Source: Candidatus Dadabacteria bacterium
GTDB lineage: Bacteria > Desulfobacterota_D > UBA1144 > Nemesobacterales > CSP1-2
DNA length: 46,479 nt
Assembly (NCBI GenBank): GCA_040289575.1
Contig: PSLL01000004.1
Location: 54,740-101,218 of the forward strand
Reading direction: 5' to 3'
In this document: positions 39,704 to 46,479 of the stretch, one piece after another
How positions within the stretch are numbered: position 1 is the stretch's first letter
Layout: every line of letters starts with the position of its first letter
Position numbers and translations under genes: made by a program
Notes under the pieces: model-generated
The model's database searches: none
What the model was told of the DNA's origin: nothing
What the model saw: only the letters and a program-made list of their open reading frames with translations

Positions 39704-40507
39704 ATGCCTAGAATAAAAATCAATGGTATCAGCCTTAATTACGAGCTTAATGGTAGTGGATCAACAGTTATGCTTATAAACGGCCTGACTATGGACGTAA
39801 ACGGGTGGTATTTGCAGGTCCAGCCCTTTTCAGAAAGGTATACAGTTTTAAGATACGACTGTCGGGGTCAGGGACAGTCTGACAAACCTGATACAGAATA
39901 TTCCCAGGAAATGCACGCAGACGATTTAAAGGGATTAATGGATAAGATTGGGATACAAAAAGCCCATTTGGTTGGCATCTCAAACGGCGGTATGATAGCC
40001 CAGCACTTCACACTAAAGTACCCGGAGAGAGTCGGTGCTTTGGTTCTCGTTGATACATGCAGCCACATAGACACCCTCCTTGAGATGATAATAAAGGTTT
40101 GGATAAGGGCAACAGAGATTGGAGGGAGTGAATTTAGATATGATGTATCCCTTCCGGTCCTCTTCGCAGAGAGTTTTATAAAGAAAAATTTGGAAGTCAT
40201 ATTATCTATGAAAGAAATCAGTGTAAAAAACAATCCTCCAAAACCCATCATAAACCTGGCAAAGAGCTGTCTCAAACATAACGTTGATGACCGAATCCGA
40301 GAGATTAAATCTCCGACGCTTATTATTGTAGGCGAGGAGGATATCCTCATTCCCATTAAGTACTCAAAAATACTGAATGAAAAGATTGAAGGCTCAAGGC
40401 TCGTCGTTATAAAAGATTGTGGCCATGTGCCCATACTCGAAAAGCCGGAGGAATTCAATAGGATTGTGCTGGATTTTTTAAAAGACCATGACGGACTCCT
40501 CGTATAA
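39704..40507 (+). CDS. Alpha/beta hydrolase (3-oxoadipate enol-lactonase-like)
   Basis: YDCRGQG.S, GISNGG, GEED, GH...EKP. Confidence 0.9.
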   Translation: MPRIKINGISLNYELNGSGSTVMLINGLTMDVNGWYLQVQPFSERYTVLRYDCRGQGQSDKPDTEYSQEMHADDLKGLMDKIGIQKAHLVGISNGGMIAQHFTLKYPERVGALVLVDTCSHIDTLLEMIIKVWIRATEIGGSEFRYDVSLPVLFAESFIKKNLEVILSMKEISVKNNPPKPIINLAKSCLKHNVDDRIREIKSPTLIIVGEEDILIPIKYSKILNEKIEGSRLVVIKDCGHVPILEKPEEFNRIVLDFLKDHDGLLV

Positions 40508-40626
40508 GTTTTTACACTGGAAACTTGCTTTAATATCATATAATTTAATGGATATGCTTTGTTGCAAACATCGTCTCTTAGGGGTTGCTTGCTCAATATT
40601 AATTCTATGGATAGGCATCGTTGTAT

Positions 40627-40682
40627 TGTAGGGACTGATGCCCTCATCAGCCATAATTATCATTTGGTGAAAGAGCCCTACA
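40627..40682. repeat. Degenerate GTAG-type REP
   Basis: TGTAGGG...CCCTACA ends with an internal CTGATG/CATCAG stem. Confidence 0.45.
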
Positions 40683-40786
40683 TTTTGGTATAGAATCTAA
40701 AGAGGTTAGAAAATCCCATCTATCGTGTTATATATGATCTTTACAACAGAGCATAAGGGATAAATAAAACAAAAAGGAGATTCTAA

Positions 40787-41833
40787 ATGAAAGCGGCGAC
40801 TTATCATGGTCCAAGAGACATAAGGGTTGAAACGGTTCCTGACCCTAAGATTCAAGACCCGAATGATGTAATTCTCAAGATTACAAAGAGCGCAATCTGC
40901 GGCTCCGACCTACACTTTTATCGCGGTCACGTGACTATAGATGATGGATTCATAGTAGGACATGAATTTATGGGGATTATAGAAGATATTGGGAAGGGTG
41001 TAAAACTATTTAAGAAGGGTGACAGGGTAGTAGCCCCCTTCTGGGTAAGCTGCGGGGTTTGCACAAGCTGCCGAAATCAGGTTCCGACATCGTGCACGGG
41101 AGGCGGCGGATGCTTTGGCTTTGGAAATGCCTTTGGAGGATTCGCTGGCGGTCAAGCTGAATATGTAAGGGTTCCATTTGCGGATAGCACACTTGAGAGG
41201 GTTCCAGAAGGGATTGAAGACAATAGAGCTTTATTTCTCGGAGATATACTCTCGACGGGCTATTTCTGTGCTGAATGGGCGAATATAAAGCCAGGAGATA
41301 CAGTCGCCGTATTTGGCGATGGCCCGCTCGGGCTCCTTGCTACAGCCTCTGCAAGGCTTTTTGGGCCATCCCAGATAATAACAATCGGGAGGCATGACTT
41401 TCGACTCAATGTGGCAAAAAGGATGGGAGCCGATGTTACTATAAACTCGAATAAAGAAAACCCGATTGAAAAAATATTTGATATGACAGATGGAAAAGGC
41501 GTGGATAGAACCTTAGAGTGCATAGGTTCTGAAAGAGCACTCCTTGATTCTATTAAAATAACAAGACCTGCAGGAACGATTTCATTTATTGGGTTCTTTG
41601 CTCAGCCTATAGCGATTCCGATGTTGGATTTCTATCTAAAGGATCTTACTCTAAGAGGAGGTGTCTGCCCTGCGAAGAACTATATACTAAAACTCATGCC
41701 TCTTGTTGAGAAAGGAAAACTCGATCCGACTGCTGTAATTACGCACGATCTCAGGTTAAGTGATACACCAAATGGATATAGGCTCATGGATAGCAAAGAT
41801 GAGAATACAATAAAGGTCGTGCTTACACCATAA
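40787..41833 (+). CDS. Zinc-dependent alcohol dehydrogenase (MDR, FDH-like subgroup)
   Basis: ICGSDLH, GHE, CGVCTSC.......C, GGQAEYVRVP.AD, LGDI..TG. Confidence 0.93.
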   Translation: MKAATYHGPRDIRVETVPDPKIQDPNDVILKITKSAICGSDLHFYRGHVTIDDGFIVGHEFMGIIEDIGKGVKLFKKGDRVVAPFWVSCGVCTSCRNQVPTSCTGGGGCFGFGNAFGGFAGGQAEYVRVPFADSTLERVPEGIEDNRALFLGDILSTGYFCAEWANIKPGDTVAVFGDGPLGLLATASARLFGPSQIITIGRHDFRLNVAKRMGADVTINSNKENPIEKIFDMTDGKGVDRTLECIGSERALLDSIKITRPAGTISFIGFFAQPIAIPMLDFYLKDLTLRGGVCPAKNYILKLMPLVEKGKLDPTAVITHDLRLSDTPNGYRLMDSKDENTIKVVLTP

Positions 41834-41839
41834 AGACAA

Positions 41840-42049
41840 CTATCCCCAGATAAATATCTTCTTTGCGGATACGTCAAAACGGACTTTGCGGCCGGCGCAC
41901 TCAGGATAGAGCTTGTATATTTTATCGATCATCTCTCTATCCAACTGCGCAACCTTGCCCCTATCATTAGCAAGCACAGCTTTCTGTATGGACTTTTGCA
42001 AATCCCATAAGACTCCATAGTCTTCTTCTCTAACGGGTATGGGATTCAT
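41840..42049 (-). CDS. Small hypothetical protein
   Basis: Strong RBS AAGGAGG and ATG; convergent with the ADH gene. Confidence 0.6.
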   Translation of the reverse strand: MNPIPVREEDYGVLWDLQKSIQKAVLANDRGKVAQLDREMIDKIYKLYPECAGRKVRFDVSAKKIFIWG

Positions 42050-42281
42050 TATCTATTCCTCCTTATATTGGAGCCAAATTCCTGACATTAGGGGTTATTT
42101 TAAATAATTTTATCCCTATTGCCAATTAAATCCACTTGTGTCCATAAGAGCAATTAGGATTAACTCAATTGAAAGATAAACAGCTTTGGAGAAAAAACTC
42201 ACTTAATATGGATATTCTTTATGTGATAATCGGGTAAAATTTCATCCGTGAAATTAATCTAAGGAAGAAACATAACAGTCA

Positions 42282-43214
42282 ATGCGAATCCTGGTGATAA
42301 GACGGGGGGCAATCGGGGATACTGTTGTTACACTACCCACACTCGAGATTTTGAGAGAAAACTATCCGGATGCCTACATAGAGGCTATAGGCAACTGTGA
42401 ATATTGGGAGATAGCACACAATAGATATTACATAGATGCCGTCTCAAGTGGAGAAACTCGGTTCCTACATGAAATTTATTTAAGAGATGGGCAATACAGC
42501 AAAGAGACTATTGACTATTTTTTTTCATTTGATCTAATCTTCGCATATGTAAGTGATCCCGAAGGAATCGTCTTTGAGAATTTAACGAAAATCGGTGCAA
42601 AGAGGATCATTATCTACCCCCCTTTTCCCAGAGGAGAGAGCCATCATGCAGCTGATTACACAGCCCTTATTCTTCGAAAAATAGGCATCAATGTTAATCC
42701 TCCACTATTTCCTAAGATCCATCTAAGTAGAGAAGACCTCAACTTTTCATCTCAATTTCTTTTCCCTTTTATGGAATATCAACCCCTGGTGGCAATACAC
42801 CCAAGAACCTTTGGTCCTAAAGGATGGGCGATCGAGAGGTTTATTAACATAGCGACGTGGATTGAAAACACACTCAATGGAAAATCAATTTGGATAATAG
42901 GTCCGGCAGAAGAGGAAAATATAACCCTAATCAAATCAAATCTTCCTTCTTCCCCTGTTCTTCAATTCTACTCTCTTCCCAAGATTGCCGCTGTTCTCAG
43001 ATCCTCCCATCTCTATTTTGGCTGCGATACGGGAATTTCTCATCTTGCCGCCGCGGCCGGAGCGCGTGTTCTTGCACTCTTTGGCCCCACAAATCCTCGG
43101 GTCTGGTGCCCAAGGGGAGAAAATGTCTGGATTATAAAGGCGGATGAAATGTCTAAAATTCAAGAGGATAAAGTGAAAGGCACTATTATTAACACATTAC
43201 GAGCAATGATATAG
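42282..43214 (+). CDS. Glycosyltransferase family 9 (LPS heptosyltransferase-like)
   Basis: RRGAIGD, AIHP...K.W, GCDTGISHLAAA, LFGPTNP..W.P. Confidence 0.92.
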   Translation: MRILVIRRGAIGDTVVTLPTLEILRENYPDAYIEAIGNCEYWEIAHNRYYIDAVSSGETRFLHEIYLRDGQYSKETIDYFFSFDLIFAYVSDPEGIVFENLTKIGAKRIIIYPPFPRGESHHAADYTALILRKIGINVNPPLFPKIHLSREDLNFSSQFLFPFMEYQPLVAIHPRTFGPKGWAIERFINIATWIENTLNGKSIWIIGPAEEENITLIKSNLPSSPVLQFYSLPKIAAVLRSSHLYFGCDTGISHLAAAAGARVLALFGPTNPRVWCPRGENVWIIKADEMSKIQEDKVKGTIINTLRAMI

Positions 43215-43351
43215 GATATAAAGTAATTCAGTAGTGAAAAGCCGAATCGGGTTATGTCTCACAACCCCCTGAGTATATGGCTTTAGTAACTGTCTGGCTT
43301 CAAAAGTTTTTTGATTCTCTCTGTACATTATAAAATTCTAAGATAAATACA

Positions 43352-44120
43352 ATGATTCCTTATATAGATAAGGCAATTGATTTAGTTAAAGAACTCAAGC
43401 TAACAACAAACCATCACCCCTGGGAGATTCAGCATGGTATTTTAGCAAACGGAATTGAATACAAAATCTCCGACCCATGGGATAACGAGATTAATGCCTT
43501 GGATTTTCTCCTACGCGGAACAAATGTAGAATGGTATCCAATTCCTGGAGGCATTGTTCGAGAGGATGAAAATGGCTATCCGTATTTTATAGAGAAAGAG
43601 AGAGGGTTAGAAGCCGATATTCATCTAAATCTCTTTCTTGGGGAATTCTCAACTATTGATGTAGACCTAGATTCAAATACCGTTTTAACCAATCTGGTAA
43701 ATGAATATCCACTTAGAAAAGCTTTGGAGAGGGCCATGCTTTATACCTTTCCTTCTGAGTGGAAAGAAGATAAAGAAGAGCCTACTTGGATGATTACTGC
43801 TTTTAGCAGGTATCTACCCTCAGGGGTTATGGAAAAATATTAAAGGGGAAGAAGTCGGTCTTAAGGATATAGTGGCATATGCTAATGAACTGGAAATAGG
43901 ATTTGGTTCATGTATGGGAACGCACGTTATGGAAGGTTTAGCAACTGCTATAATAAATTATATGAAAAAGACTGGCCTCTCTCCCGATGAGTTTCGAAGC
44001 CCCTGGCACCAAGCACATCAGAAGCTTGAGCTGGCCATTTCTCTTGTAAGAGAGCATCAGCGAAAAGACGGCTCCATTCCCCGCCTGTGGTTTAAATCGG
44101 ATCCGATGCCTAGGAATCTA
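43352..44120 (+). pseudogene. Uncharacterised protein (HPWEIQHGILA...EPTW...SCMGTH...QxxDGS), frameshifted at about 43825 and fused to the downstream radical SAM
   Basis: The shifted frame LWKNIKGEEVGLKDIVAY links the two track ORFs. Confidence 0.55.
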
Positions 44121-45815
44121 AAAGCAGATCATCTAAGCGAGCTTTGGATACATACAAACAACTCGTGCAACCTCCAGTGCGCCCACTGTCTTGTAAGCTC
44201 GGCCCCCTGGGAAGACAGAGGAATGCCAAAAGAAGAAATAAAACGCATCATTGACCAGGGACGTGAGCTTGGAGTGTTTCGGTTCTATTTCACGGGCGGG
44301 GAACCATTTATAAGAAAGGATATTTACGAGCTAATAGACTACGTCACTCGTGACGAGAATTCAGAGCTTATCGTTCTTACAAACGGAATGTTCTTCAACC
44401 AAAAAGAAAAGCTCAATCAGCTTCTCGAATTAGCCAGAGGTCGCTTTAAACCTCAAATCAGCCTCGACGGCTCAACCCCTGAGATAAACGATCCGATTCG
44501 CGGGAAAGGCACGTTTGAGAAGATCATAGAAGGGATAAAAATAGCCGCGGAATCAGGTTTAAATCCAACGGTCACCACAGTGGTCACGGCGGCAAACGCC
44601 GAAGACATTCCAAACATTACAAGGAAAAACTCAGGTCAAAAAAATTTACGAGATTTGATCTCAGCAATGCCTGCTGGGAAAGCCTATGCGTTTATTCAAA
44701 CGGAGAGGTTTACCCGTCTGCCGCGTTTGCAAATTTTGACGGTCTAAGCTGTGGGAACGTAAAAGAGAAATCCCTCAGAGAAATCTGGCAAAGAAGTCCT
44801 ATCTGCCAGATGTTTAGAAGCGCAACGGTTCAGAAAAAGACAAAGTGCAATAACTGCTATCTGAAATTCATATGTGGAGGCGGCGATATTGAACATTCAT
44901 ATTTCTACTCAGCCGCCACATTTGGCGAAGGAAGTGTACATGGGCTTGATCCTTATTGCGATCTCCATCAGGACATGATTAGATCGGTCTTATTTGAAAT
45001 GGCTGAAGAAAAGCGCAAAGCCCACAACCTCAAATCCGGATTTAACGCGCCCACCGTTTTTCTCAGCATGGGAGAAGGCGCTCTGTCGTGCGGTACAAAT
45101 GGAAACAGAAATGGCAAGTTAAAAGGCTCCCTGGATTTTAGCATAGAAGTATCACACTCAAACTGCGTGCTTTCGTTTGATATAGACAAATCACGCGAGA
45201 TTGTCAGGCAGTTTTATGGAAAGGCGGCTGAAGAACCGCAGAAAGAACTGTGCTGCTCTACAGGCTATCCCACTGAAGACATAAGCCATATCCCTCAAGA
45301 GGTCATTGACAGGTTCTATGGATGCGGAAGTCCAATGAGTATCGCCGATATTAAGCCCGGAGAAGGCGTAGTTGACCTCGGCTCAAGAGCAGGAATTGAC
45401 TGCTTTATTGCCGCAAAGAAGACAGGGCAAAGTGGACGAGTAATTGGAGTAGATATGACAGATCAGATGCTTAGCGTTGCAAATGAGTGCCGCTCTGTAG
45501 TCGCCAATAATCTCGGATACGACGTCGTAGAATTTAGAAAGGTTTTTAGAAGAAATACCGATTGAGGATAAATCGGTTGACCTAATTACATCAAATTGCG
45601 TAATAAACCTCTCACCCAACAAAAAGAAGGTCTTCTCCGAAATGTGGCGAATTCTCAAGGATCACGGAAGAATCGTAATTTCAGATATTGTGTCGGAGGT
45701 AGAGGTTCCTCCTCACATAGTTACAAATGACAAGCTATGGGGCGAGTGTATAGCTGGGGCATTGACGGAGGAACAGTTTGTCTCCTATTTAGAACAAGCA
45801 GGATTCTGCTGTTAG
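44121..45815 (+). pseudogene. Radical SAM-SPASM-ArsM(As(III) methyltransferase)-like fusion, disrupted
   Basis: CNLQCAHC, TGGEP, LTNG, ISLDG; SPASM ACWESLC...CNNCYLKFICGGG...C; ArsM motifs LCC, YGCGSP, DLGS, GVDMT, SNCVINLSP, WGECIAGAL. Breaks at about 44621 and 45540; truncated at 45815. Confidence 0.85.
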
Positions 45816-46235
45816 ATCAAGTGAATTTAACTCAAAACATAAGGAGAAATTCAAGGGAAAATCCCTAGGTGAAAAGATGGCAAACGCATTTACCAAGACC
45901 TTTTCTCTCGGAGCCAAAAAGGCCGTTATTATCGGAACTGACTGTGTTGAGATTTCGGATCGGATAATCTCTCAAGCCTTTGACACACTTCACAGGGTAG
46001 ATGTCGTATTGGGTCCGGCAGAGGACGGTGGGTACTACCTTCTAGGACTCAAAGACCTGAGATTTTCAGCGGCATTCACTGGAGTACAAACCTCGTCCTG
46101 AATCAAACATTAAAGAAGCTAAAGGGAAGAGGGTTAAAGTTCAAACTATTAAAAACTTTAAAAGACATTGACACAATCAGCGATGTTAATGATGAGTTGC
46201 TACTTAAGATTCGAGAAAGGGAGGACGGGGAATGA
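45816..46235 (+). pseudogene. C-terminal part of a TIGR04282/DUF2064-like transferase, frameshifted at about 46056
   Basis: LGEKMANAF, IIGTDC, VVLGPAEDGGYYLLG, then in the shifted frame PEIFSGIHWST..VL..T...LKDIDT. Confidence 0.82.
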
Positions 46236-46479
46236 TTACCGCTGCTCTTATCGTACTTGTAGTCATGCTTTCATTTGCAAACGGTTCAAATGACGTTTCA
46301 AAGGGGATTGCAACACTCGTTGGAAGCAGAATAACCGACTACAGAAAAGCCATTATATGGGGAACAATCTGGACTATGGCCGGGGCAATAGTTTCTGCGT
46401 TTTTTGCACTTGAGATGGCAAAAACCTTCTCCGCCAGTGGGGTAGTAAAATCAACCACTAATCTAAATCAAATGTTTCC
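46232..46479 (+). CDS. PiT-family inorganic phosphate transporter, partial (runs off window end)
   Basis: Manual translation MITAALIVLVVMLSFANGSNDVSKGIATLVGS carries the PiT signature; ATGA overlap with the upstream stop. Confidence 0.85.
   Translation, partial: MITAALIVLVVMLSFANGSNDVSKGIATLVGSRITDYRKAIIWGTIWTMAGAIVSAFFALEMAKTFSASGVVKSTTNLNQMF

Noticed and set aside
39868-40647. 259-aa minus-strand ORF
   Set aside because: Antisense to a well-supported alpha/beta hydrolase.
45563-45815. Selenocysteine or pyrrolysine read-through at TGA 45563 or TAG 45813
   Set aside because: Homology continues in a different frame at the first site and switches to another gene at the second, so frameshift and deletion explain both.
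1-46479. CRISPR array, rRNA, prophage or defence system
   Set aside because: No regularly spaced repeats, rRNA-like sequence, phage structural genes or recognisable defence genes were seen.

Overview
Bacterial chromosomal window of about 40-43% GC by eye. Gene content and order are Deltaproteobacteria-like (tRNA-Lys/Leu-tig-clpP-clpX-lon-tRNA-Val/Asp, a RomR-like regulator, a TsaP-like LysM protein); Ca. Dadabacteria is a plausible source, but this is inference only. 1-23.5 kb is mostly housekeeping: rng, rpsU, an ABC exporter, lgt, gshA, a DHS-like gene, a DsbA-like gene, purB, the proteostasis operon and 4 tRNAs. 23.9-34.5 kb is an accessory redox/copper block. It holds an ECF sigma factor with two matching divergent promoters driving a Tat cupredoxin module, and a six-gene A-family heme-copper oxidase operon whose subunit I keeps the D-channel and all metal ligands but has lost the K-channel (T359/K362/S365/S299 equivalents). 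It also holds three sigma-54 promoters and a deleted IS200. The right end carries a damaged radical SAM-SPASM-ArsM fusion with a TIGR04282-like transferase and a PiT transporter, a candidate organoarsenic pathway. Many genes have homopolymer indels or abrupt deletion junctions, so assembly error versus real decay must be resolved before trusting the pseudogene calls. Family names come from motif recognition, not database searches.
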